The notes below the pieces were generated by a model, which saw only the letters and a list, made by a program, of their open reading frames with translations, searched no databases and was not told the origin of the DNA. From contig CM059425.1 in assembly GCA_030390025.1 (NCBI GenBank), forward strand, positions 165,666,001 to 165,730,000: a stretch of 64,000 bases of DNA, given 5' to 3'. This document shows positions 24,593 to 38,090 of the stretch, one piece after another. Both the position numbers and the translations under genes were made by a program. Every line of letters starts with the position of its first letter. Position 1 is the first letter of the stretch. This DNA comes from Squalus acanthias (taxonomy: Eukaryota).

Positions 24593-25269
24593 GGGCTGTA
24601 TATTCCGATCGGAGGCTTCCTGAGGGCTCCCGAGGTGCGTATACTTCCGTTCCTGGGCCTCTCCAACTCAAAATGTGCAGGGCCTACGTATCCCAGAGGC
24701 GCATGCGGTTCACAAACATCCCTGTGATCACGTGGGCCATAGGGAGCCAATAGGAGAAGGGAATCTCCCTTCATACACTTAACAGATAGACCTGTCAAAT
24801 ATATGAATGGAGATCACCCCAAAAACACTGTAAAACATTAAATAATTTTTTTTTTAAACATCACATTTTTAAAATGAGTTGAAATTACAATAAATTAAAT
24901 ATTTTAAACAAAAATTTTATTTTTTGAAAAAAATAATTAAAGTTTTTTATGGGGCTTAAAATAAACTTAAAATTTTTTAAAACTTTTTTTCAACTCTTAT
25001 GCTGGTAAAAGCAGGCCTTATGCCTGCTTTTACCAGATGTAAGATTTTGAAGTGTTTTCTGCGAGCGGAGGTTCTCCAGAAAGCGGAACTCTCCACCCGC
25101 AGTGGCCCTTCTCCAGGGCAGGCATCCGATCTGTCAAGAGCATTCTTGACAGATCGGAAATGCCGGTTTTCAGCGCATGCACTTGGCATGCCTGAAACCG
25201 GCATTTCCGATGTCCCTACGGGGGTGTACACAGTGCATATACACTCGTAGGGATCGGAATATATGGCCC
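24593..25269. mobile_element. Harbinger-type MITE, family B
   Basis: TIR GGGCTGTATATTCCGATC / GATCGGAATATATGGCCC, TSD ATT, AT-rich core. Related to 52843-53605. Confidence 0.85.
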
Positions 25270-27599
25270 ATTGTTTCCGTGACCTGACACAAAATTTTGT
25301 CACAAACACATTGAAATCAAGTGCTGTTTATTAATTCAGCTGCATAAAATGGGTCTTTGTGTTGCTGAACATTCTTGAACCACGGCCCATGGAAACATGC
25401 ACTGAAACACGTGGAAAGGAATACAATTCACCCTAAGCAGTCTTTGTAATTGAATGCAACGATAAAAAAAAAACTGATTTTCTGTTTTTTAAAACTTGAA
25501 GTCTCTTTTGACTTTACTTTCTAATTCTAACGGATGAAAAAACAACTCATATGAACAACACATGATACCCAATACCTCTTCCTCCACCCTGGAGATTCCA
25601 CTAATTAATACGGTTTCAGATTGAACCCCTGGTGCTTTCTGGAATAAGGATGTGACACTATTTGACAGTTATGCTGTTTTGCTTTTCATTGTAAAATACT
25701 GACATATAAAATACTGACGTACCGAGAAGCAATTAAAAACCAACTCACCTAGTTTTAAATTGGATATGTTTCTGTTCCCTGTAGTCATCTCTCAACAGCA
25801 CAGATGGCTGGAACACTTGCTTTATAGGCAGTGTGTGGCGCTTATTACTTCAGCTGTTTTACCCAGCAGGCTGCCAATACAGGCAAATAGGAGAAATCTG
25901 TTTGGTTTGGTTTCCTACACTCCAGCTGTATTGGATTGCATAATACTTGAAATCTAAACATGTATTTGTTTGCCCGTTTCTGTTTCCCCTTCTCTCTCCT
26001 CCACAAATCCCAGGGCTAAATTTCTGATATTTCTGTCCTTCTTTCAGTTGTGTTTGAGTATACTCTGTTGTTGTGTCTCTTATAATATTAAAATAAAAGC
26101 TCTATGGCATCCTTTTCATTTTGGAGAGTGGGTCAAAAATAAAAGCTTAAGGGCCAGGACCGGCAGTACAGAACAACACCAAAGTGAAAAGAGTAAAGGT
26201 CAATTCCGCACTCCTACCTTCCCACTGGGAAATGGAATTTGCAGGGTGTGCATCACAGAAAATCAAGGGCCGTGCACCCATGATTTCCTGCAATCTGCCC
26301 CTTCAAGTGCCAATCCCTGCTGGAAGCATGGGAATGCAGAAGTGGGCCACAAAAAAGATGAGGCAAATCAAGAAGTAGTGATTTGATAATACCTACCTTG
26401 GGTTGTAAGAGCCTATAGATTTTAGGAGGAGGGTAAGAAGGCAAGAATGTCATAATTTTGGGGTCCTGGCATAGAATAAATTGGAATAGGAGACTGTTGA
26501 GTCTCAATTTCAACACAGTTTGTATGCAGAGAAACAAGTTTACAGATCTTGCACCCCGGTATCTATGATTGTAGGCACATTCATTGGCTTACATGATAAC
26601 TATGATGTATTGGTCAAGGCAAATACAACCTACAGATAGATTTAAAATATCTGTAATTTTATTTAATGCAAAATTCCCAGACCCTGAGAAGTAATGCAGA
26701 ATTTGTTTTTTTAATTTACTTTTTGGCCCACATTTAGGAATTTTGTAAACATCACAGAGATTTACAGAAATTGTGTTAACCAGTTAAGAAAGGAATATAA
26801 ATCAATGGAAAATATTGAAATTAGATGCTTAGTGTGCCCATTGGCAAGTTTACAAGCAGCTGTGGCTGAATTGCATGCAAACATTTGCAAACAGACTTAA
26901 CGATCTAGGAAAAAGAAAATAAGAAAGCATATTGGGGCTGATTCCTCTCTAGAACAACCACGCATACAGATTGCCAGAAAAATGGTTAAATAGGCTTGCT
27001 TGTCACCCCATTCTCTCATCCTACACTTTTCTGGTGACCTATACTTTGTGCTTAAGAGTGCTCTGATTTATCCAAAAATATTTAAACTACTATCTAGCCC
27101 ACTTTCATGACTGGAATTACAGTGCTTGCCATCAAATTCCATTTTGAATGGGCTTAAGGAAAGTTTCATGTGCGATGGAGTTCTTAAAGAGGCACAGCCT
27201 TTGTATATTTTTCCCCTAAATTCTTCATATTGTGTTTTTCTTACAGGTTTTTCTTCAGTGTTTTGAATTTGTTTAACGTTGTTACTTGGACTGTTTTGCA
27301 GCATAATTATTAATTACTTATATAAGGGTAAATATATTTTTAGACATCCTGAGAAAAATTGTGTATTACTGTTTGCTAGGTCACGAGAAAGCCAAAGGTA
27401 AGTGAACCATTTTCAAGACTTGAACAGTGATCAAACTTAAACAGATCGAAAAGAGGGCAATGAAAAAGGAGCTCTTCCAATACAAACTTCCACAAAAGCT
27501 CAGAATGCCTCAAGGAATCAATGTGCAAGATATAAAGTCCCACAGTGACTTAAGGCAAAATTAATAATGGGTTGGTTTTGGACATGCCATAAAAAAGTA

Positions 27600-27820
27600 T
27601 TTCATAAAAAAGAATTCTCTACCGCAGAGTGATGTGGATGCTCAGTTGTTGAGTATATTTAAGACTTGGATCGATAGATTATTGGACACGAAGGGAATCA
27701 AGGGATATGGGGATAGGGCAGGAAAGTGGAGTTGAGGTAGAAGTTCAGCCACAATTTTATTGAATGGCAGAGCAGGCTCGAGGGGCCGTATGTCCTACTC
27801 CTGCTGCTATTTCTTATGGT
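27600..27820 (+). mobile_element. Short CR1 3' end
   Basis: GAATTCTCTACC..GGCAGAGCAGGCTCGAGGGGCCG..CCTACTCCTGCTGCTATTTCTTATG. Confidence 0.85.
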
Positions 27821-29266
27821 TGAAATGGTACAAGATGAAAGAAGGCAAGCCAGGGTCGTCAGCAGACATTACAGCTGCATTGGTCACACTGCCATAATAT
27901 CACCAATCATATCTGCAGGTTTTGGTACAATTGCCTGCCAATGACTGAGGACAATTGCTTCCACAGGATCCAGGTCAAAAGGGAGCCAGTTGTACAGCTT
28001 CATCATCTGTTGTAAGGATAATTACAACCTACCTGAAACAAAGGGACTGCACTGCCAAGGGCAGTCAAGGTCACCTTCAACTTTTATGCTTTTAACTCAT
28101 TCCAGCTCAGCTTGCCCAGCCCTTTCACCTATTTTCCCACTGAAAAACGACAGAAGACCAACACAGTTGTCTAATTTCACAACACTGCTGCAGTTCAGAA
28201 AATACTTTTGGGTATCCATCCGACCAGCAGGTTCCTGGCTCACCTGGTGCTGCCTCCCCACAGTCATTAGTTGCATCCTCTGGGATGTGTGCAGCTGTGC
28301 TGGTGCTTTCAAGTTTTGGTGAGAGCGTTGCAGGGTGCTGTCATAATCTGAGCCACTGGCAGTGCTGACTGGCTTATGACAGAAGAGGGACAAATGTTAA
28401 AATGTAGGTTTCAAAACACACTGTCAGGCAGAGCGGGCAATGAAACTGACTGTGCGTGATATTTGTCTGGTTGTGTACATGCCCGTGTGGCAGTGAGTGA
28501 GAAGGAGACAAGACATAAGCACACATGCCAACCTAGAAAACAAGCAAGAGCTGACCAACAGTTTCAAAAAAGCTGTCACGGCACTCAAAAAGCTGACAAT
28601 TCATAAATGGCCCACGTTATAAGCCATTGACGTGTGAACACAAATAGTTACACAAGTTTGTAATTTAAGATGTGGGCATAGCCAACATTCCTTCATTCAT
28701 ATTGGAGAGAAATAAAAACATAAGTACAGGAAAGCCTGAAGGGACGATAAAGGTGTTGAAGACATAAAATGTGTTTTCTAGGGGGTCTGGAGCCATGCCC
28801 CCTCAGAAATGTTTATTTTTTCTTACACTTTATTTGGTGCATTTTCCACTATTTTGCAATCTACAATGAACACGGGCATTCCATTTTTTCCCTTTGCTGA
28901 AATTCAGTGAAAACTATTTTCTATTTGCCATTTGGGAATGAATTATTTTTCTTTATATTTTAAAACATCTTTCTCCCAGCAGCAGCAGCAGCAAATAATC
29001 TATTACAGGGTGAAAAAGGTTTTAATTAGAAACGCTGCAAACTTTGCACTTGCACTAATTATTTAAGAAAAAGGGATCTGTTCCCTAGTAATATGTGCCA
29101 TGTTGTCACGCAAGCAGAGAAGTAGTCTTAAGATGTTGTAAGTGGAAGAGGCACATATATGCCTTTTGCTCAAGCTGCAGCCAATCCTGGGTGTCAGTAA
29201 TTAATCATATATGATTCTGTTAGGATATATGGGGGAAAATATAAGGCTCAAAATTGATTTTTAATT

Positions 29267-29444
29267 CACACAACACCAGGTTATAGTCCAACAGCTTTAT
29301 TTGAAATCACAAGCTTTCGGAGCGCTGCTCCTTCGTCAGGCTCCGAAAGCTTGTGATTTCAAATAAAGCTGTTGGACTATAACCTGGTGTTGTGCGACTT
29401 CTCACATTTGTCCACCCCAGTCCAACACCGGCATCTCCACATCG
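29267..29444 (+). mobile_element. Minimal Penelope-like insertion (family P1), inverted pLTR + 3' end
   Basis: ~60-bp inverted arms, reverse hammerhead motif at 29311-29340, TSD TGATTTTTAATT. Confidence 0.85.
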
Positions 29445-30364
29445 TGATTTTTAATTGATTGACATGCTTTGAAAAGACTTTATGGAGGATGGGGGGGAAG
29501 AAGTGGCAGGCAAAAAACAAGGGAAAGTAAACCCACAGTGGAGTCTGTGGACAAATGAAGGAGTGTTTGATGGTTGTTGAAGTGGAGGTGCTGCTGCATG
29601 ATGTGGATGTGTGGAGAGCTGCTCTATTTGGCATTTTGGGGCCCTTTTCCAAAGGAGAGAAGTGTGCCATGCCTGCTAGGTGGTGACAGCCAGGCTCAAC
29701 AGTCTACAGTGCAGGAAAAGAGACACTTCAATGAATCTGGCATGCAAGATTACACAATAATATAATGCACCAGGTAGATGGCCGAAAATTGCTTGCCACA
29801 AAGTGCTGCTTATCAATCTATTCCACATTTACTGATCAACCATGTCAAGCCCTCACAAAACTTTACAGCTCTTTTATTGCATTTCATGCATTCCCATGGT
29901 ACACATTCAAGCTGAACATTACAATTGAGAGGCTTCGCACATTCACATCTTCCAAGGGTTTCACACATCAATTCATTACACTATAACCTAAGATGCTGTA
30001 AGTGGAAGGGGCACATACACGGCTTTTGCTCAAGCTGCAGCCAATCCTGGGTGTCAGTAAATGATCATATATGAATCTGTTAGTTATATAAATTACCCAT
30101 TTTCCATCTCAGTGTTAAAGCAGCGGGATAGAAACGCTGCAAACTTTACACTTGCAATAATCACGAACAGACGGATCGTTTGGGTTGGCTTCATTATATA
30201 TTCACAGTGAACGCCCAGCCTGAATTGGGTTGCAGCCAGAGGCTCACTGACTGTGAGATGGGGAATATTGTACTGCAGATCTTAAAGGGCTAAAGCTGTG
30301 CATTAAAGGAGCATAATTACATTGCAGAAAAAAAGGAGGCAAAAATGATGGTATTTGTACCAAA

Positions 30365-30599
30365 ATGGTTGAGCGTGCCCAAGAAACACCCTCTATTTCC
30401 TGATGCAGCTGTGGCCAGCTGCTACAAAAAGTGAGTGAGAGATCTTTGCACTGGTTGGCACAGAAGGGCATCTGCCCAACAGGAGAGCCCAATGGACTGC
30501 ATGGAAGGAGGTGGCACAAAAAGTCAACATTGTTCCCAAAATCCATAGGGGCTGGGAGAAGATGAGGAAAAGGTTTGCCAGTGTCAGAAAATCTTCCAG
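30365..30599 (+). pseudogene. Remnant of a Harbinger Myb/SANT-like gene, exon 1
   Basis: ..PNRRAQWTAWKEVAQKVNIVPKIHRGWEKMRKRFASVRKSSR followed by donor GTAAG. Confidence 0.6.
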
Positions 30600-31529
30600 G
30601 TAAGATCTTCCAGTATTTCCCTATACAAACAAGATGGGCAAAGTAAGCATGCCAGAAATAGGTGGTGTACAAAGCAACCTTACAGCTCTCTCCTGGCTTT
30701 GCATGCAAACTTAAACTGCAGCAGAGAAAACTTTCTATCAGCAACTTAAAAATGAAACTACTGTCATTGTTACAAGCTTAGATATTCTCTTGGCTATTGG
30801 TGCTGGTTACTCCTGTAAGCAGTCTGAGCATCTTCCATTCAGCAGTGTGCCCATATCACTCAATATCTAACTTTTTAATAGCGTAACACAGAGGTGTAAT
30901 AATAGAACCCCCTTATGATCTGAAATGGATATTTGTGTTTCTCGCAGGTGCCCTCAAGTGCACTTCTCCAATCTTTTTGTAGGTGGACTGAGAAACACTT
31001 GTTGAAATAAGGACCAGATAGAAATGGTTAAGCTGCTTTATTTCACAGACAACAAATGAACATACAGAGTAACAGTCAAAGCAAATTCAACGAACCTAAC
31101 TCAATCTAATTTCTCTTCTCAAAGAATGGGAAAAAAATAAACTGCATGCTTTGTCCCTTTCGTGGGCTGACTTACTTCTTTTTGGTAAGCCTCTCTCTAG
31201 AAAATTTCTATTTGCAAAAGCTGACTTGCTTTCTTGCTTCCAGCTCGAGGCCAAGAGCTGTGTCTTGTAGTCCTTTGTTCAAAACCTGACTGCCCCGCAA
31301 ACATGAGATTTTCCCAGGCAACAGAGTGGCGGGGTCTCTGACATCTTCCTATGCAGGGATTTACCAGGAAACCTGTCAACTAAGCATTACCCCCTTTTCC
31401 AGGAGTATATTCTACGTAAACAACTCGTTATGCCCACATGAGTAGAATTTGCTCACCACAATGGGTGTGTCTATTAGTTGGCCCTTATGATTAAATGAAG
31501 TATTGCTTAGATAGATAGATACATAGATA

Positions 31530-32615
31530 GAAAACAGAGAGTTGGAATAAACGGCTCATTTTCTGAATGGCAGGCAGTAACAAGTGGGGTACCACAGGGA
31601 TCTGTCCTGGGTCCCCAGCTGTTCACAATTTACATTAATGACCTGGATCAGGGAGTCGGATGCAGCATTTCCAAATTTGCAGACGACACTAAACTAGGAG
31701 TGGGGGTGGGCTCAGAGGAGGAGACCAGGAAGCTCCAGAGCGATTTGGACAGACTGGGTGATTGGGCGGATAAATGGCAGATGCACTATAATGTAGACAA
31801 GTGCGAAGTTATCCACCTTGGGTGCAGGAACGGGAGGGCAAATTATTATTTAAATGGCAATAAATTGGGAGAGGGGGAAGTACAGAGAGACCTGGGTGTT
31901 CTTGTACACCAGTCACTGAAGGCGAGCATGCAGGTGCAACAGGCGGTCAAGAAGGCAAACGGTATGCTGGCCTTCATAGCAAAAGGGTTGGAATACAGGA
32001 ACAGGGATACCTTGCTGCAGCTGTACAGGGCACTGGTGAGACCACACCTCGAGTACTGTGTACAGTTTTGGTCGCCTCATCTGAGGAAAGATGTTCTTGC
32101 CATGGAGGGGGTGCAGCGGCGATTCACCAGGCTGATACCAGGAATGGCGGGATTGACCTATGAGGAGAGACTATGTAGTTTAGGGATGTACACACTGGAG
32201 TTTAGAAGATTGAGAGGGGACCTCATAGAAGTGTATAAAATTCTGACAGGTCTAGACAGACTAGATGCAGAAGGAATGTTTCCCTTGGCGGGTGAGAACA
32301 GAACTAGAGGACATAATTTAAGGATAAGGGCTAAACCATTTAGGACAGAAATGAGGGGGAATTTCTTCACTCAGAGGGTGGTGAACCTGTGGAACTCATT
32401 GCCACAGAGGGCAGTGTACGCCAGCTCATTAAATATATTTAAGAGGGAATTAGATATATTTCTACAGGCAAAAGGGGTTAAGGGTTACAGAGAGAAGGCG
32501 GGGACGGGATACTGAATTGGAGGATCAGCCATGATCTCATTAAATGGCGGAGCAGGCTCGAAGGGCCGGATGGCCTACTCCTGCTCCTATCTTCTATGTA
32601 TCTATGTATCTATGT
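31530..32615 (+). mobile_element. Young 5'-truncated CR1 with an open RT C-terminal frame
   Basis: GVPQGSVLGP, KFADDTKL, open to the stop at 32515; tail (TATCTATG)n. Confidence 0.92.
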
Positions 32616-35600
32616 AATGTCCCTGGTCATCCTTGCTAATGAGACAATAAATCCTCGTTGTACAGTATCAGTTTGAAATAGACTGCAAGTTGTGACATCC
32701 CCCAATCTGTCCTTTCAGGCTTTAAAGCACCATCTTCAATGCCTGCTGTCTTTCTTTGTTAATCTTTGCAACAAATGCTTTGAAACACAACCCTTAAAAC
32801 ATAATTCAATCCCCAAATCCTTTCTGTGGAGAAAAAAAAGATCAAAAATTTCAAAACATGATGGTCACATTAAAATCTATAAAGGTGAGTTTACAAAGCA
32901 AGCTTATCTAGCATTCTGGGAACTGTATGGCATTAGTAACATCATGGCATGTCTTGGGAAGTGACTCCATTTTGATAACAATGTGTGTGAGTTATATGAT
33001 CACTAGTGGGAATAGCGATAACTTGAACAATCTCAATGCCTTCATATATAGATAGTAGTCCTAGGAGAGCATGGGAGAAATCGGCAAACTCACTCAAAAT
33101 GACCCCGATATTAACTCAGAGGTGCGTTGGGAGCGAGTGGGGTTGGTATGATATCGCGTGGGAAACCCAGAAGTAAGTTCAGCGTGTCTGTCAGTAGCAT
33201 TTTAATGCAGTAGCTCATTACATTTTACTTCCAGATTTGGCGTCGATTGCACGGCAGTGGGTGTGATGAGGACCCGCATGACGTGATCTTAACTCCAGTA
33301 TTTAAAGGGTCAATCCAAAGATGGAATTTGGAGGAGTTTGGAGTTGGAAGCAAGAAAAGACAAGGTGTGACAATGGATTCAGAATGCTCAAAGGCTGCAC
33401 CCAGCTTCAATGATGCTTCCCTTGATGTGCTGCTGGGGTCAATGAGGAGCCGGAGAGAGATGCTCTCACCCAGCAATGGTAGGAAGAAACCGGCTGCTGC
33501 CACAAAAGAGACATGATTGGAGGTGGCCCAGGAGTTCAGTAGCAGGAGCATTGATCCACGCTCCTGGATTCAATGCAGGAAGTGCTTTAATGACCTCACC
33601 AGGTCAGGAAAGGTGAGTATAGTTGCACAGTCGCCTACATCCTGATGTGCGCATCACCCCACCCCCTCACTTTGCCTTGTCAAGCCTACTCCATCACCTC
33701 ACTCTTCACACCCACTTACCTTGCAATCGCACCCATCCTTCTCTTTCTATGCACTTCCTCACATCACCATCTATCCATCCACCACTGCCATGCACCCTCA
33801 TCCTTATGGAATTTCATGCCTCTCCGATAGTCACTCTTAACAAATGCACTACATCCATCGAGTGAACACACACCATTACAGTCACTCATTGGTCTGTTCT
33901 TTCCCCCATTGCAGAAGAAAGTGCAAAACACCAGGGGGCAGGTAAGAGAACCGGAGGTGGTCCACCACAGATTTCCCAGCTAACAACTGCAGAGGAGGAA
34001 GCACGAGAGATCAGTGGCATTTCGACATCCCTGGCCATCGGAAATGGGGACCTCCCAGCTACCTGGTGACAATTAAATATCAGCGACCTACAAGTGATAC
34101 AGCATTCAGTCATGTTGACTTGATTTCAAAAGTGCGTGAAATATGATTATCTTCATAATTATAAGTTGCAACAAACTTATCGTGCCAGTATTAATTCATA
34201 GGACAGAGTATAAATCAAGAAATAATGGGGGCTTGTAAGAAAGGTAATTGTGGGTGATTTTAATCTTCATATAGATTAGACAAATCAAATTGGCAAAGGT
34301 AGCCTTGAGGACGAGTTCATAGCGTGTATTCAGGACAGTTTCTTAGAACAATACATTGTGGAACCAACCAGGGAACAGGCTATTTTAGATCTGGTAATGT
34401 GTAATGAGACAGGATTAATTAATGATCTCATAGTAAAGGATCCTCTAGGGAAGAGTGATCATAACATGAGAGAATTTCACAGTCAGTTTGAGGGTGAGAA
34501 ACTTGGGTTTGAAACTAGTGTCTTAAACTTAAATAAAGGCAATTACAAAGGTATGAAGACAGAGTTGGCTAAAGTGGACTGGGAAAATAGATTAAAAGAT
34601 AAGACGGTAATTAAGCAGTGGCAGACTTAAGGAGATATTTCATAACTCTCAACAAAGATATATTTCAGTGAGAAAGAAAGACTCTACAAGAAGGATGAAC
34701 CATCCGTGGCTAACTAAGGAAGTTAAGGAGGGTATCAAATTGAAAGAAAAGGCATACAATGTTGCGAAGATTAGTGATAGGCCAGAAGATTGGGAAATTT
34801 TTAGCTTGCAAAGGATGACTAAAAAATTAATAGAGGGAGAAAATAGGTTATGAGAGTAAACTAGCAAGAAATATAAAAACAAACAGTAAGAGCTTCTACA
34901 AGTATATAAAAAGGAAGAGAGTAGCTAAAGTAAACGTTGGTCCCTTAGAGGATGAGACTGGGGAGTTAATAATGGGAAAAAAGGAAATGGTAGAGACTTT
35001 GAACAAATATTTTGTATCTGTCTTCAAGGTAGAAGACACAAAAAGCATTCCAATAATAGTGGAAAATCAAGGGGCAAAAGGGAGGGAGGAACTTAAAACA
35101 ATCACTATCACTAGAGAAAAAGTACTAGGCAAATGGGACTAAAGGCTGACAAGTCCCCTGGACCTGATGGCCTACATTCTTAAAAGAAGTGGCTGCAGAG
35201 GTAGTGGATGCATTGGTTGTAATCTTCCAAAATTTAGAAAATCATAATACAATCAAGCAGCGTCAACATGGTTTTATGAAAGGGAAATCGTGTTTGACAA
35301 ATTTATTAGAGTTCTTTGAGGATGTAATGAGCAGGGTGGATAAAGGGAAACCAGTAGATGTAGTGTATTTGGATTTCCAAAAGGCATTTGGTAAGCTGCC
35401 ACATAAAAGGTTACTGCACAAGATAAGAGCTCATGGTGTTGCGGGTAATATATTAGCATGGATAGAAGATTGGCTAACTAACAGAAAACAGAGAGTTGGG
35501 ATAAATGGGTCATTTTTAGGTTGGCAAACTGTAACTAGTGGGGTGCTACAGGGATCAGTGTTGGGGCCTTAACTACTTACAATCTATATCAATGACTAGG

Positions 35601-35682
35601 ATGAAGGGACCGAGTGTACTGTAGCCAAATTTGCTGACAATACAAAGATGGGTGGGAAAGCAAGTTGTGAGGAGAACACCAA

Positions 35683-36548
35683 GGCCGCGATTTTATCGGC
35701 ACTGAGAGGGCGGGTTTGGAGGCGGGTCAAGGATTAAAATTGTTTTGATTGACAGTGGGTTCCGATCCCGCCGTCAACCTGCCTCTAAACAATTTTCCCA
35801 ACTGTCGGGTCCTCGATTTGCGTATGGACCCGACACCTAGCGGTGGGAGGAGGATTATAACCACTTACCTCGCTGTTAACAGGTACTTGATAGTAGTTGA
35901 CAGGCTCTTTTTCAATTTTGCCACTTCTGCCTCGGGTTTCCCGGCGTCCGGACACCACGCCAGGTAAGTGTGGCATGTTGTGAGTGTGCTGTAATGTTTC
36001 TGCATTGATGACAGCTGCAGAAATGGTGTGAAGGATCCAATGGTGCACTGGTGAGTTTCAGAGGTAAGAAAATGTTGGGAAAATCATTTTTAATGCATTT
36101 ACACTTTTCTGTAGGTAACAAGTTTTGAAATTGATGTCTAGTCCCACCTCATTGGGAGAACCTCTCTCACCAGTGACAGATCGCTTCTGTCACCTCACCT
36201 GCAGCTGCCATCTGTTCTAGCCTATGGAGGGAGTCAATGGAGAGCCTGGGTGCAAGAGCTCACCTTTGTACAGTGATTGTCAGTGTTTGCAGCACCTCAG
36301 TGCTGTCAAACACTGAGAAATGAGCTGTCAAAAAAGAAATTGTGCATGGTCCCTATAAGAAAACCGGCAGATGACATGTCATCAAATGACGTCATCTGAC
36401 CAGCTTCCTCTTAATTGGCCGGCAAGCCCGCAGGGCGGGCTTAACAAGGTCAATCAACATAAAATCACATCCGTGGGCCGGATGCATTTGGGGGCAGGAC
36501 TGGAACGCGGAAACCACCTGACCCGCTCCCAACGACAAAATCGCGGCC
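35683..36548. mobile_element. Harbinger-type MITE (same family as 646-1480)
   Basis: Perfect TIR GGCCGCGATTTT / AAAATCGCGGCC. Interrupts the CR1 RT. Confidence 0.85.
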
Positions 36549-37212
36549 AAAGAGTCTGCAAAGGGATATAGATAGGTTAAGGGAGTGGGCAAAAATCTGG
36601 CAGATGGAGTATAATGTGGGAAAATGTGAGGTTATCCACTTTGGTAGGAAGAATAGAAAAGCAAAATGTTATTTAAATGGAGAGCGACTACAGAATGCTG
36701 CGGTACAGAGGGATCTGGGTGTCCTCGTACATGAAACGCAAAAAGTTGGCATGCAAGTACAACAAGTAATTAAGGAAGGTAATGGAATGTTGGCCTTTAT
36801 TGCAAGGGGGATGGAGTATAAAAGTAGAGAAGCCTTGCTACAACTGTACAGGGCATTGGTGAGACCACACCTAGAGTACTGCGTACAGTTTTGATCTCCT
36901 TATTTAAGGAGGGATATACTTGTATTGGAGGCAGTTCAGAGAAGGTTCACTAGGTTGATTCATGGGATGAAGGGGTTGTCTTATGAGGAAAGGTTGAGCA
37001 GGTTGGGCCTATACTCATTGGAGTTTAGAAATGAGAGGTGATCTTATTGAAACATATAAGATTCTGAGGGGGCTTGACAGGGTAGATGCTGAGAGGTTGT
37101 TTCCCCTGGCTGGAGTGTCTAGAATTAGGGAGCATAGTCTCAGGATAAGGGGTCGGCCATTTAAGACTGAGATGAGGAGGAATTTCTTCACTCAGAAGAT
37201 TGTGGATCTTTG

Positions 37213-38090
37213 GGGGGAAAAATTCAGTCGCGCCCCATTTGGGGCGCAAATATCGTCCTGCCTGGCGCTAATTATCACCACTGACTGGAAACTTCACTTT
37301 TAACGCCCCGGGAGGTGATTGGAGCGCTAAATCAGGCGCTGCACACCTGTCTTAAGGCGCAAAGGCCGAGGAGCGAGGCGCTAACTCAGAGCGCTGGCGA
37401 AGCTCATGTAATGTCAGTCAGCAATGGAACACACACACAATGGCACGGGCCAGTTCTTAAGGGGGATGGTTGATCTTGCTTTCCATCCACATCCTGCTCA
37501 TTGCAGCCTTGAATCTCGGCCTGGAGAGACCTGCACATCAAATCTGCTGGAAAGAACAATGGAGAGTACCAGGCAAAGAGCTCAGAGTGCAGCCCCCACA
37601 GTCTCTTCTAAATCGATACAAGGAATGGCAAATCAAAATGAACCTGCAAAGTGCTGCTCAGTACCCAAAACTCCTTCACACAACGTTGAATCTCTCCAGA
37701 AGTCTCTCTCACTCTCTCTCAGAATGCGTAGTTCAAAAATGGCACCAACAATAAAAGGCAGGAAGCGGTCACCTTTAAATAGCGCTCTCCCTTTCCCTTC
37801 ATGACAGAAGAACGCTCCTATCAACCTGTCGTTGCTAGCGTCAGGCGGTAAGGCAGGGGGCGCCACTCAATATCCGCTCCGGGGCGATACCGGGGCGTTG
37901 CACACTCGTCTGACGTCACGATCTGCCGGCGCAGGAGATCGTGGCGGTAGTGATTAGCGCCGCCGCAAAATGTCTAGTTAATTTCGCGAGCGGCGCAAAC
38001 TTCGCCGCGCCCGGGCGCTAGCTGCTTTGCGCCCCATTAGCGCCCTCTTAAGGCGCTAACGGGAGGCGCAACCAACTGAATTTTTCCCCC
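37213..38090 (+). mobile_element. Harbinger-type MITE, family A copy 3
   Basis: TIR GGGGGAAAAATTCAGT / ACTGAATTTTTCCCCC, TSD TTG. Confidence 0.9.

Noticed and set aside
28330..28900. Possible old DNA transposon (GGGGGTCTGG..CATGCCCCC motif)
   Set aside because: No termini or TSD could be identified.
37424..37804. ~100-codon ORF (MEHTHNGTGQF..) open in all three family A MITEs
   Set aside because: Differences between copies appear mostly amino-acid changing and the C-termini shift frame, so there is no sign of coding selection. A dN/dS test would settle it.
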